A DNA stretch of 64,000 nucleotides, taken from Amphiscolops sp. MND2022. Lineage: Eukaryota. This document shows positions 26,668 to 37,552 of the stretch, in pieces. The DNA lies in the NCBI GenBank assembly GCA_964187785.1, contig OZ076409.1, forward strand, positions 93,932,001 to 93,996,000, given 5' to 3'. Every line of letters begins with the position of its first letter. Within the stretch, counting starts at the first letter, position 1. A program made the position numbers and the translations under genes. Under the pieces are notes generated by a model that was given only the letters and a program-made list of their open reading frames with translations, made no database searches and had not been told where the DNA came from.

Positions 26668-27225
26668 AACAAGACGGGAACGTCTAAAGTCGGCGCTATA
26701 TCTAAGGCTCAAGAAGCGCAAAAAAAATTTTTTCAAAAAAATTTTTGAATAATTTTTCTTGCAGAAAATGTCGCATAGTGCCGAAAAATGTAAAAGGGGG
26801 GACCCTTTGGGCTTCATCAACATATATTCTGTTGCAAAATATCAAAAAACTCGAAAGGGGGACTCTTTTGATACATTAAAAAAGTTTTGAAAAAAAGTCG
26901 CACAATGCCGAAAAAAAATTGAAAGGGGGGATCCTTCAGTCTCGTCCGGTTTTGTAGGCTACGGTAAAATAGTAAAATATGAAAGAGGCGACCCTTTTGC
27001 ACTAATTTCCGCTGACCGGACTTGGCCTTATGCTAGTAGTTTTAGTAGTTTCGATTGTAAGAAAAGTGGCCCAATCAGAGTGAGATTGTAGTCTGACGAA
27101 AAAAAAAAGAAAAAAAAACTAGCCACTGTAAGTGTCGGGCAGTTTTCACTAGAAAATGCCGACAAAAAACTTGCCATTGTAATAATCGGTCTCTTTTTGT
27201 GATGAAAAGCGACGACTAATAAAAA
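26668..27225 (+). mobile_element. Family A Helentron/DINE-like repeat
   Basis: Head aacaagacgggaacgtctaaagtcggcgctatatctaaggctcaa; tail hairpins gtcggg..gccgac and gcgacgactaa. Confidence 0.7.
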
Positions 27226-29102
27226 CACCTTGTCTAAATAAATACTGTAGCAAAACTTCGATGGTAGTTCAACGCTTCATGCCATTTCTAGTCTAAATAC
27301 AGTAACATTTCATGGGTTTCATGGTCCAGTTTCGGACGTTCCATTTGAAAATGAAAACTATGCTAAAAGCTGATCTTAAAACGAGACAATACAACCTATT
27401 TTCAAGGTGGAACCAATTGCCGAATTTTGAAGAGGAACAAAGAATCGGGTTTCGACGCACAACCAAATATGGACACAGAATGTTTGGTCCAATGTCCATT
27501 TTTTTTCAGAAATCGGCCGTTGTGTCCCGTTCACAATCAGCTGTTTTACCCCTCAAAAGGTAGCGAGCCTTACCACAAACTGGTATACCCTAAAACCGGA
27601 TTACAAAATTACTTACTGTTAACGCTGAATCCAATTCAATCTTGTAGTCACATGTGTCCTGCGTTGTCTTGACAGTTTGAGAGCTTTTTCAAGTTCTGTT
27701 CAGGCAATCAAACCGAAGAAATGAAATGAAATAAGAGATTAGTTCGCCAGCTAACAGTGAATGTAAAAAAGAAATCAACAATATTAGTCTGGAAATTCGA
27801 GGGAAAACAATTTGTTGGCTAATTATGTTGTGTTCGGGAGGATATGCCTAAAGGAACTAATTAGAGCGGTAAGCAACGCCTAGATAGAATCAGTTCTCAA
27901 ATTACACATTTCTACTATTCCCTTTAATGATCAAACACCGTACAACAAAAACGAAACGAAGGCCATATGAGTATGGAGGTCGAATTGAGGGGGGGCAATA
28001 AAGAAAAGGTTGGTCTCTTGGTACTATGGAAAGAACGTCAACACGAAAAATTTAAGATAAAACAAAAATTTGCAAAAAAAAATAGGGACAGGTGACGTGG
28101 TGGCTGAAAGAGATGACGCCCACTGAGCAACTGGATTTTTTCCGCCTCGAAATAAATAAGCAATGACATGTTCTCAACGCTTGAGTGTGAGAATTTCTAA
28201 TCCTTTCTTGTTTTGGAAAACACTGCATGTTTTTCCAAATATAACTTTCAAAGATTTCAAACAACCACCAATGCAGTTCTGTGATTGAACAATTGAACGA
28301 TTTGCACTGCGATCTGTGAAAGAATTCTGGACGAAAGATACAGCGTTCGAAAACTGCAACAACGGTATTCAGCAAAATCCCTTCCGAAAAGTTTTTTTGC
28401 TATTCCAATTCCATAACGTTTGAGATTCTTGTATTTCCAGGATCAAACGTTGTGTTTTTGGGGTCATTTTGAGTCTTTTTAAATCTATACTTGTATCCCA
28501 GTGAGTAGCTACATAGGTTCATAGAAAATGCATGGTTTATTCTGAAGCGGAAAGTCGGGCAAATGCTCCCCAAGGGACAAGACGATCTCGTAAGAAAAAT
28601 TAATTTCATTTGCATGGGAGAGTGTTATAACACCCGAATATTGCGAGAAATTAGTTATTTCAATGCTAGACAGAATGGCAGAAGTAATCAAAAACCGAGG
28701 AGGTCCTACTAAATATCCAGATTCTCGAATTTTCTTTGGTATTTATTTTGGTTTAGAAGGTCCTTTTAATATATGTTCATCATATTGTTAAAAATTGATT
28801 TTTTTTGTGTTGAAATTGTCATAAAAGGGTAGTGTTTGTAATGAAACGTTCACCACTGTACATAGGTGCTCATTTCATTTCTGAAATCTGTGTGTCGAGA
28901 GGGTACCAGAATTATATCATGCATTGCTTTCATGACTGCCATGCTCACGACAAAACCTAAACACTTCGGTAACCAACTTGTGAATAATTGCTAAAAAGTA
29001 GTAACATTCGGCAAAATATAAACTCACTTATCTACACCAATGTGAACAACTAGTAGTGGTTCTACAGGCAACATGTAGCTGAAGGTTGTGATCCTGATAT
29101 GG

Positions 29103-31812
29103 TGTAGAAATTTTTGCTAGAGGGTTGGAGAGAGATCCCAATGGCTCGATTCTAACAGAAAGGTTTGGTTTTTAGTGAGTAAGTTTCGTCCACGTATCGC
29201 GTATTCTTTTCACAAAGTCTCTCCGGTGCTCAAGTTTCGACTCCAAAACACTATGGAAAAGTTACTTGCAATTAATACTCTAATTCAGGAATTATCTGGA
29301 TAATACAAGTCGAAGATTTCCACAGTATATAAACTCTCAATCAAATAACAATAGCACAGCAGGCGAATGAATTATATACAATAACTCGACAAGACTGTGC
29401 CAGAATCACGATTCACACTAAGATTTCCAAGTCCCGGACTTGTAACTAATTCTCTGCTCTCGCTAAGCAGTTAGGTCAAATTCGATCTCGAGTAGGTTTC
29501 TTGCCCACACGCGGCTCAACTTACTCTTGACTTCGTAATCGTTCTTCTGTGTCTATTCGGTCTCTTTTTCCCTCCCTGAGATATTTATTCATCAGCCGCA
29601 TTTTTGTTGTACCGATGTCGCTCTTTTATTTGCATGCTTTTAACTTCATGTAGTTTCATTCCTTTTATGGCATGGCAGCTCCCTAGTTATGTTTCGGCCA
29701 GACATACTTCGCCGCCAGCGACAAATACTTCAATAAAGGTTGTACAAAGTTCACATTTCAATAATAATTCAAGCCAACCAAGATATTTCCAATATCGAGC
29801 CAATCGTTTAATGACCTTCAGTTACATGGTTCACATGCTCTCTACGTGTGAGGGTTACTTTTCCGTCCTTTTGGGCGCAATGCATCGCAAATTCTCTCGC
29901 CTGGCTGAAATGCATAAATTATCGCTTAGCGGCGCTGATTTACATGTTTTATCATAGGTTTCTCTATATGTTCCTAGGTTGCATCTGAAATGACCTTGAG
30001 GTCCATCGGTGACCTTGAAGTTATTTGTCCTCATCTAGTGTTGCTACATACCAAGTTATATCGTCCTAGGGTCAATGGTCTTCGAGTTACGTGATATGCG
30101 TATCGTTTGTTTACTTAAGGCGGCTACCCCCGCATGGGTTACAAATACGGTTTCATTCACGTTATAAATCGACTACATTCATCATTCCGGTTCGTTTGAT
30201 ATATTACAAGCCAAGGTCAAATGTCATTTATCGGTCGGGCCCGCGCGTGGTGGACCGATCAATGTATCTTTCATGTATATTACTTAGGCTTACTAGGTGA
30301 ACATCTTGGGTAAGTTTCATGATCTTCGGGTCATCCGGTGGCTATTTACACAACGTTCCAGGTTTATTTACTTAGGGTCCGTGCTCCTCTTACACGCGTC
30401 GTGGGTGTCCGAAAATGTGCGCAAACGGCTTAATATCATATGGGCTATCGATCCTATATATAATACGACTTATCCCGTGCTTGGCCGACGAGTTCGTAGG
30501 GGGGTCGACCTAGGTCACTTCCGGTGCTAATAGCCCGGTACTGGGGTTTCCCGGCTCGGTTTCGTTTTTATGGATCAGTAGCATAACAGCTCAGGTATAC
30601 GTGTGCCAAGTTTCAAGTCCCTACGACAAATAGTCTTTGAGAAAAACCGTTTGGGGGGGTTTTAAAGATTTGTGATGTTTGGTTTTTCATAGTGTATCTT
30701 AGAATATTTTCGGCCAAAAGTGGGACTTAGTAAAATTCGCTCTTCGAGATCAACTCTTACTTTGCCAATTCGAATCATTTCTTCGCTGACGTCACTCGCT
30801 AACTTGTTAATTTTTGTAAACCATTTGTCGTATATTTGTCATTCCTTCGTCGCTAGTAATTGTTTGCTCAAGCTCAATATTATACGAACCTTCGCCTCAA
30901 TTTCAAGTTCGCCAGTAAGTGGCTATGGAAAAGACTTTATATGACAACATCGTCCGTTTCCTGCGAGAAGGTACATATCCTACTGGCGACTTCCACAGCC
31001 GTTTCGTCCTCAAGCGGTGTGCGCAGAAGTACACGCTCTACGGCCGCCGGTTACGACAAGGTTCCCTCGTTGTACTCCACGAGGAGGAGGCCTTTGATGT
31101 TCTCTCCTCTTTGCACTTGCGGAAGCAGCATATCCGTGGTCCCAGTTTTCTTGCTGCCGTGAAAAAAGAGTTTGTTGTCAACCGGGCCTGGACTTTGTGT
31201 TGCGACGTTGTGAGGTGCTGCGCGGAGTGCACCGGGACTTATACTTACTGCAGGGAGGGCGGTCCCCTGGTTCACTACTCTATCCGGCAACGCAAGGGAT
31301 TGTGCCAGAAGATCGGGATACCCTTTGTTCGTGATCTCAGCCTGGAAAACGCTCCCGAGCTGGACCCCCTCAAATTTCGCCCCAGGACTGTTGACATGGC
31401 TGGTCCCAGAAATTGTTTTTGCATTGTTCTCTCCTACGTTTTATCGGGGACCTGTCAAAATGTGGCCGCTGTTGAGGAGTGGGTTAAAAAGATTCGGAGA
31501 GGCCCACACAGCTCCCTCTATAGAACGTTCGACGCAATAGTGCCCGATTCTTTGGATGATGTTTCCTATCTTACGCGAACAGACATTAGGATTATTGCTC
31601 GAGAGTTGGGAATTAACCTCTATGAGTATTTCGCCAGCACCAACAAGCGACCCGCCCGTTGGGAGGTTTGCTCAGGAAACAAGAAGGGTGCCGACCGTGG
31701 CGGGGTGTATTTCGCTTTTACTCTTAAAAATGGGCGTGGTCATTCGTTGTTAGTCCGGGGTTTGGAACCGATCTCAGAATAAGTTCAGGTTAGTTTTAGA
31801 AATTTTCTCACA
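29103..31812 (-). repeat. 3' LTR of element 2 (2710 bp)
   Basis: TGTAGAAA..TTCTCACA; direct repeat of 38621-41371. Confidence 0.97.
30925..31782 (+). CDS. LTR-encoded antisense protein (285 aa): integrase-type H2C2 zinc finger + OTU-like cysteine protease
   Basis: H64-x4-H69-x29-C99-x2-C102; OTU-like Cys motif MAGPRNCFCIVLSYVLSG (C164), DIRIIARELGINLYEY..W, and His motif VYFAF..GHSLLV (H273); AATAAA at 31842-31847. Confidence 0.78.
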   Translation: MEKTLYDNIVRFLREGTYPTGDFHSRFVLKRCAQKYTLYGRRLRQGSLVVLHEEEAFDVLSSLHLRKQHIRGPSFLAAVKKEFVVNRAWTLCCDVVRCCAECTGTYTYCREGGPLVHYSIRQRKGLCQKIGIPFVRDLSLENAPELDPLKFRPRTVDMAGPRNCFCIVLSYVLSGTCQNVAAVEEWVKKIRRGPHSSLYRTFDAIVPDSLDDVSYLTRTDIRIIARELGINLYEYFASTNKRPARWEVCSGNKKGADRGGVYFAFTLKNGRGHSLLVRGLEPISE

Positions 31813-31824
31813 CTCTCCCCTTCT
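31813..31824 (-). other. Polypurine tract of element 2
   Basis: AGAAGGGGAGAG on the minus strand abutting the 3' LTR. Confidence 0.9.
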
Positions 31825-31901
31825 GCATTTTTATTCTCTCGAATAAACTAGTTTTTTTCCTTATAGAAGTAGAATTATCACTGACTCATTTCAAACTTCT
31901 T

Positions 31902-32423
31902 TCACAGTCTCGATGCCCTCTCTAGGTGATCCAGAAAAATAGCGTCTTCCTCATCCACTCCGTACCAGGATTGCGAATCGTGCACCTGCGACGTGCTGAG
32001 ATCAGCTGCACCGCGATCACGCTTTCGTCTCTCCTTTTTGCCCGTTGATCCTGTGGTTGGTGTTTTCTTCCTCACGCCGACTTCTCTAGGGGACTTGACG
32101 ATGTCGCCCGAAGGTAATACTTTGTCGGCTATTTTCACTTTCACTATCGATCTTTTCCGCATTGTACTGTTCTCAGGTCGAAAAGATATAATTGGATAGG
32201 TGTCTGCACCGCCGGTGCTCGCGTTGGGGGGTGCAGCCGGGCTCGGCTCAGTCCTCGTTGAACGTAGAACTCCGTCTGATCCCAGTTGCCCATAGGGAGT
32301 ACGTCCGTCCCATTCTGCCGTTGTGTAGTTCTCTCGGTTCGTACCCTCTCCCGGTAATTCCCTGGCAAGTGTTTCGAATAAGGGCCTCTTGGCGGTTTCC
32401 TCCTCGTTTCCCGTTGAGGTCAA
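31902..32423 (-). CDS. Hypothetical accessory ORF (basic, low complexity) in the 3' region of element 2
   Basis: 173 open codons in a GC-richer island; NLS-like KKERRKRDR; no ATG at the 5' end, so possibly spliced; minus-strand AATAAA at 31830-31835. Confidence 0.45.
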   Translation of the reverse strand: MTSTGNEEETAKRPLFETLARELPGEGTNRENYTTAEWDGRTPYGQLGSDGVLRSTRTEPSPAAPPNASTGGADTYPIISFRPENSTMRKRSIVKVKIADKVLPSGDIVKSPREVGVRKKTPTTGSTGKKERRKRDRGAADLSTSQVHDSQSWYGVDEEDAIFLDHLERASRL

Positions 32424-33156
32424 ATAGTTCGTGTTGCTTGTCGACTCCGGTTTTCCAAAGTTACGTTATTTTTGAATGTTAAGATTGTTGATATGCATTC
32501 ACTTATTAGTTTTACTTTCGCTAGACTGAAAATAGTTAGGAATTCTATGTTTATTTACATGAATCGGCCTCGAGCGCTCTAGGAATTTGTTTACCGACGG
32601 CGGCTTATACTCCTAATAAGGCGGCACAGTTTTGTCGAGCTACTCCATAAATAAAATAATACCACCACAGCCATTGATTAAGCAATTCAATATTTAGCAA
32701 TCATCATCAAGTTCTCGGCTGCATTGGGAAGCCCCGGCAGTTAAACGGTTGAAATGGCAAAAGTCTAGTTAATACTACATTAAAATAATATTTCATTTAT
32801 GGCAAGGTGGCCAAACACCACTCGGGTTAAATTAAGTGCTACATGAAAATCGTATTTGACGCCAAAGCTCCAGAGGTTTCCCTGTTTAGAAAAGCTGACG
32901 ACGTACATGAAGGTAGGATATTTTGATGCTTTCCATCACATACAAGTTTCAATTTCGGTTCCTACTCGTCAATTTTTCTGGACAGGCACTCAGCATTTTA
33001 TAATGAATAGAGATTAGTGAAGTTATTTGGGGGCAAAGCGATTAAAAGGTTAGGGGGGGTGGTTCCAGGTTAACAAGTTGGCATCAAACCGGTTATCATT
33101 ATGATTGAAGATTCATACATTTTCCCTTTCCATTTAGGTATAAAGCTACCTTTTTT

Positions 33157-33983
33157 TCAGTTTTTTCGCGAATACGACACGTGCTGTGATTTTTTCATTA
33201 CTTCATCAGTCTTCAACGAACTGGTTGGGGCGCTAGAGCTCCCACTGGGAGTATCTTCTTTCGTCTCCAGTCGACTGCCTTCAGGTCCTACTGCGCATTC
33301 TTTCATCTCGACCTGGTTGGATTCATCAACCGTACTGTCGCATGTCTGACTGCCTATCACCTTCCTGTTACCTTGAGCACGTTTGCAGGGGCATGGGGTG
33401 AGCATTACTGCGAAGAATCGTCGGGGTCCCATGTACGTCATCAGCCCTCCACCGGTCAGAAGTAAGATCGTCAATAAGGTCAGCAGGACCGTGCCGACCA
33501 CTGGATGTGCCACTGACTGCCACCTCATAGGTGCATGTCGCTTTAAGATTGACTCCGCAAAAGGGCGCGCGATTTCCTTCAGTTCTTCTTCAAACATTGA
33601 CCCCAACTGGTAGTCTTGGTCGAGCCAACGGTCTTGCTTCATTCTGTCGTACTTCCGGACGGTCTGCCCAGCGATACGACGGGCGTCAGCCTCTGTCTTA
33701 GCAGCACTGCCTGCCGGCTTGGAAGGGTCTTCGTGGTCTAGTTCGTCCAAAACATCCTCCTCATCCACGTCATCGAAGAAGTTCTTTGATCGATACGGGT
33801 TCGGTCGGCGGGGTATCTCGTCAACTGGTTCGCTCACAAAGGGTTTTAACATGTTGAAATGGACGATCTTCCATTTGTCTTCTTTCCCCTTTTTCGCGAT
33901 CTTGTAGTTGACTTCTGACGTCTGTTCCAAGATCTCCCATGGCCCCTCCCACGGTAGGTAGAATTTTCTCGACTTGGCTTTGT
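33157..33983 (-). CDS. Frameshifted C-terminal part of pol: integrase GPY/F region + acidic linker + transmembrane segment
   Basis: Removing one base from the 7-G run at 33984-33990 gives ..MSPHKAKSRKFYLPWEGPWEILEQ..VHFNMLKPF; later hydrophobic VVGTVLLTLLTILLLTGGGLMTYM. Confidence 0.75.
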
Positions 33984-36900
33984 GGGGGGGACATCAGCCA
34001 GACTTTCTCCCCTTCTGCATAATTCCGCCCGAAGACCTTCTTGTGGTAGCGGTCTTTTTGACGTTCCTGATTAACTCCCAGGTGACTTCTAGCTGCGTTA
34101 TGGGCCTCGTGGAACTTGCGATCCAGATCGTCCACGAACTCGGTACGGTCCATCAGCTCATCGTGTGGCCGGGGATAAAACAGGTAGATCGGGTATTGAC
34201 ACTCTTGGCCATAAACCAGCGCAAATGGGGTAGCTCTCGTTGTCCGGTGAACAGTTGTGTTGTAGACGAAATTCAAGTATGGGAGGACCTCGTCCCAGAC
34301 TTGTGGGTTATCACTACAGTATTTCGAGACCATGTCTGCAATCACTCGATTATAACGCTCCACTTGGCCATTCCCCTGCGGGTGGTAGGGAGACGTCCTC
34401 GTTTTGTCTATCTTCAGTAACTGGCACATTTCTTGTATCACTCGACTTCCGAAGTTCGTCCTTTGGTCCGTATGCAGACAGTCAGGGACTCCAAAGTGCA
34501 GAATCCAACCCGTAACTATAGCTTCCGCTACATCCTGTGCTTCGGTCTTCACCAAGGGCACTGTGACTACAAACTTCGTGAAACAGTCGGTCATCGCTAA
34601 GATATACTTGGCACCCGTCTTTGTTGCTTTAGTCACCGGACCCAAGATATCCGCGGCTACGGTGTGGAAACGAATTCCCACTTTTCGAGGTTGTAATTCA
34701 GCGACGTTTTTCTTTCCCGCCACAGACCGCGCGGCGCAGGGTACACACCATGAGATCCGTTTTTCCACGTCCTTTCTCATCGATGGCCACCAAAACCTCT
34801 GTCGAATTCGTAAGAGAGTCTTCTCCAGCGCGAAGTGTCCACCACTCAATGGAGAAGAATGCAGTTGTTCCAGTATTTCCTTTCGGGCCTCGAATGGGAC
34901 AATTAACTGCACTTGATCTTGTCCACTCTCTGCACTGGCCCAATGACGATATAGCAACCCATTTTTGACAAAGAGCTGCCGCCAGAGGTTCCAGTACGCT
35001 AGAGCCTCTTCTCCCAAGGACACTGCTTCTTTCTGGGTAGCCACCCTGGTGCCAAGTTCATTCTGGTTCGGTTTTGTCTTCGCATCCGCCCACTCCAGTA
35101 CTGCTCTAATTGCTGGGTCCGCCCATTGTGCTTTCAGGATGTCATCAGGCGAGGATTTCCATGTGATTTGGATCTCGTCTGGGTTGGGGACCTCAGTTGC
35201 TGTTGCAACCCTGTCGGAAACGCCCAGTTCTTTTAGTGCCTGTTCCATCGTCAGAGGTTCCGGACAGGAACCCATTAGCTCCTCTTTCTCTCCAGGCAGC
35301 CATTCTGGTTCGTCGGAACTCATTCGAGACAGCCCGTCTGCATTCCCATGTTTGTCGCCACTCCGATGGACCACTTTGAAATTGTATTCCTGTAGCGTCT
35401 GCAGCATCCGAAACGTCTGGCCGTCTGCATTCTGCCGAAATAGCCATCGCAAGCTGGCGTGGTCGGTGCGGACCAAGAACTCCGTGCCCCATATGTATGG
35501 TCTGAACCACTTCAGGGCCTGCACTACCGCTAAGGCTTCTCGCTTCGTGGTTGAGTACATGCTTTCGGTCTTTGATAGCACCCTGCTTGCAAACACGAGT
35601 GGTCTTTCGTCTCCATCGATCACGTTGGACAGCACTGCACCCAAACTCACGTTACTGGCATCCGTGTCCACGACAAACAGGCTTTTGAAGTCGGGGTACT
35701 GAAGCATGGGTGCAGTAGTGAGCTCCAATTTCAATCGTTCAAAAGCTACTTGGCAATCTTCATTCCACTCAAAACGGGCATTCTTCTTCGTGACTGCGTG
35801 TAGAGGTCTAGCTATTTCTGCGAAGTTTCGAATAAATCGGCGATAGTAGCTGCAGAAGCCCACAAATGACCTCACGTCCGTCACGTTTTTCGGCACCGGC
35901 CACTCTTTCACTGCTTCAATCTTCGCTGGGTCGGGGGATGTGCCGTCAGCTTGAATGGTGTGCCCCAAGTAGTCCACTTGCTTCTGGAAAAACTGGCACA
36001 TCTTGGGCTTCAGACGAAGGTTTGCTTTCCTAAGTGTTTCGAAGGTTATCTTCAGGTTCTGGGTGTGTTGTTCTATATCGCCACTGTACAAGAGAACGTC
36101 GTCCAGAAAAATCAGTACTCCCTTGTAGATATACTGGGCGAACAAGTTGTTCATCAGCCTCTGGAATGTGCCGGGGGCGTTGGTCAGTCCAAAAGGCATC
36201 CTCACATATTCATAGAGCCCACCATCTGGCGTGACGAAGGCAGTTTTGTGTCGGTCTTCAGTTGCTACTGGCACTTGCCAGTATCCGCTAGCTAAGTCCA
36301 GAGTGGAAAAGAGCTTTGCACCGTTCAATGCGTCGAAGGTCTGCTCGATCTTCGGAATAGGGAAGGCGTCTTTTACAGTAATTTCATTGAGCCTTCTGTA
36401 ATCCACGCAGAACCTCCAACTGCCATCTTTCTTCTTTGCTAGCACGATCGGGGCACTGTACGGGCTGTTGGAATGCTGTATGACCCCTCGTTTTAGCATG
36501 TCTTCTACCTCCTGTTGCACAATTGGGAGCTTCGCGGGAGATATCCGATGTGGGGGTATTTTGATGGGGTCACTGTCTCCCGTCTCGATATGGTGTTCCG
36601 TTACGTCTGTGCAACCCAATTCGTCATCGTTGAGCGCAAAGACGTCTCTGTATTCGGTTACTAAAGCTTTCAGGACTTCTCGCTCCGGTCCTGTAACGTT
36701 TTCGGCGGAGAGTGCCAAGATCTTCTCCACGTCTTGTTCCAGTGTCGGGAAGCTTGTAGCTGAGGTTACCTCACTACGGGGCTCTTGGACCACCCTAACA
36801 CTATCTGATTCCTGCGTTTCCGTGACATCTAACTGTTGGTTTGGTGATCCCTCCAGTCCAACTGAAACTTTAGGTTCCTGTCGCAAGTCGTCTTCATTGC

Positions 36901-37552
36901 TTATGTCTGCATTAGAAATCTCCGCTGGCTCCTCTGGTTCCGTTGCCCTGAGCCCTCGGATACGACGAATCTGCTCGACACGGAAACCCACGATGGAACC
37001 TTCTCCTGGTCCAGTCCAAAATTGCTTGGTGTTGAAATCCAAGTTTGATTTGTGGTGATTCATAAATGCGAGGCCAAGGATGATAGTTGGATTCACATCG
37101 TGCATTACCAAGAAGTTTACTTCTTCGTCTATTGCTCCAACGAGTATTCTAACTCGGGCTCGTCCGACGACGGCCATTTGCCTCCCATCTGCTGTCTCCA
37201 GGCGTCCGTCATACTTCTCCAGTTTCGGGAAACGATGCAGGTCATAGAGGGTGTTTAAGTGTATTAAGTTTACTGATGCTCCAGTGTCTAGCAGGGCGTC
37301 AACTTCCCTTCCAGCCACCTTGACTTTTGTGACAGCGCTGAGTGTCCCACCTTCCAGAGTCGGGCTTGAGTTTTCTGGGTCGGGATCGTTAGAACTGAGG
37401 GAACGTGCTTTTTCTGCCAAGGCCTCGGCTTTCGCTTTGACTAGGGAGGGGATATGACGAAAATTTACAGTTTTGAATTCGGCCGGGACAAAACCTTCCT
37501 TCACTGGTCTCCCGGCCCCTCGGAGTTTAAAGCCTCCGACTTCTTTGGGCAT
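33821..37552 (-). CDS. pol: Pol polyprotein (protease, RT, RNase H, integrase)
   Basis: LLDTGAS; WRFCVDYRRLN, LDLASGYWQ, MPFGL, FLDD; TDASNVSLGAVL; LH..GH..CVPC; DILGP, HTDQ, GQVERYN. Confidence 0.97.
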   Translation of the reverse strand: MPKEVGGFKLRGAGRPVKEGFVPAEFKTVNFRHIPSLVKAKAEALAEKARSLSSNDPDPENSSPTLEGGTLSAVTKVKVAGREVDALLDTGASVNLIHLNTLYDLHRFPKLEKYDGRLETADGRQMAVVGRARVRILVGAIDEEVNFLVMHDVNPTIILGLAFMNHHKSNLDFNTKQFWTGPGEGSIVGFRVEQIRRIRGLRATEPEEPAEISNADISNEDDLRQEPKVSVGLEGSPNQQLDVTETQESDSVRVVQEPRSEVTSATSFPTLEQDVEKILALSAENVTGPEREVLKALVTEYRDVFALNDDELGCTDVTEHHIETGDSDPIKIPPHRISPAKLPIVQQEVEDMLKRGVIQHSNSPYSAPIVLAKKKDGSWRFCVDYRRLNEITVKDAFPIPKIEQTFDALNGAKLFSTLDLASGYWQVPVATEDRHKTAFVTPDGGLYEYVRMPFGLTNAPGTFQRLMNNLFAQYIYKGVLIFLDDVLLYSGDIEQHTQNLKITFETLRKANLRLKPKMCQFFQKQVDYLGHTIQADGTSPDPAKIEAVKEWPVPKNVTDVRSFVGFCSYYRRFIRNFAEIARPLHAVTKKNARFEWNEDCQVAFERLKLELTTAPMLQYPDFKSLFVVDTDASNVSLGAVLSNVIDGDERPLVFASRVLSKTESMYSTTKREALAVVQALKWFRPYIWGTEFLVRTDHASLRWLFRQNADGQTFRMLQTLQEYNFKVVHRSGDKHGNADGLSRMSSDEPEWLPGEKEELMGSCPEPLTMEQALKELGVSDRVATATEVPNPDEIQITWKSSPDDILKAQWADPAIRAVLEWADAKTKPNQNELGTRVATQKEAVSLGEEALAYWNLWRQLFVKNGLLYRHWASAESGQDQVQLIVPFEARKEILEQLHSSPLSGGHFALEKTLLRIRQRFWWPSMRKDVEKRISWCVPCAARSVAGKKNVAELQPRKVGIRFHTVAADILGPVTKATKTGAKYILAMTDCFTKFVVTVPLVKTEAQDVAEAIVTGWILHFGVPDCLHTDQRTNFGSRVIQEMCQLLKIDKTRTSPYHPQGNGQVERYNRVIADMVSKYCSDNPQVWDEVLPYLNFVYNTTVHRTTRATPFALVYGQECQYPIYLFYPRPHDELMDRTEFVDDLDRKFHEAHNAARSHLGVNQERQKDRYHKKVFGRNYAEGEKVWLMSPPQSQVEKILPTVGGAMGDLGTDVRSQLQDREKGERRQMEDRPFQHVKTLCERTS
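37481..37531 (-). promoter_or_regulatory. -1 programmed ribosomal frameshift signal (gag-pol)
   Basis: U_UUA_AAC (37531-37525) in the gag frame, 7-nt spacer, then stem GGCCGGGA/UCCCGGCC; the -1 frame is pol. Confidence 0.85.

Noticed and set aside
29604..30530. 117-aa and 77-aa ORFs present in both LTRs of element 2
   Set aside because: Duplicated only because the LTRs are near-identical; non-ATG starts and no domain signal
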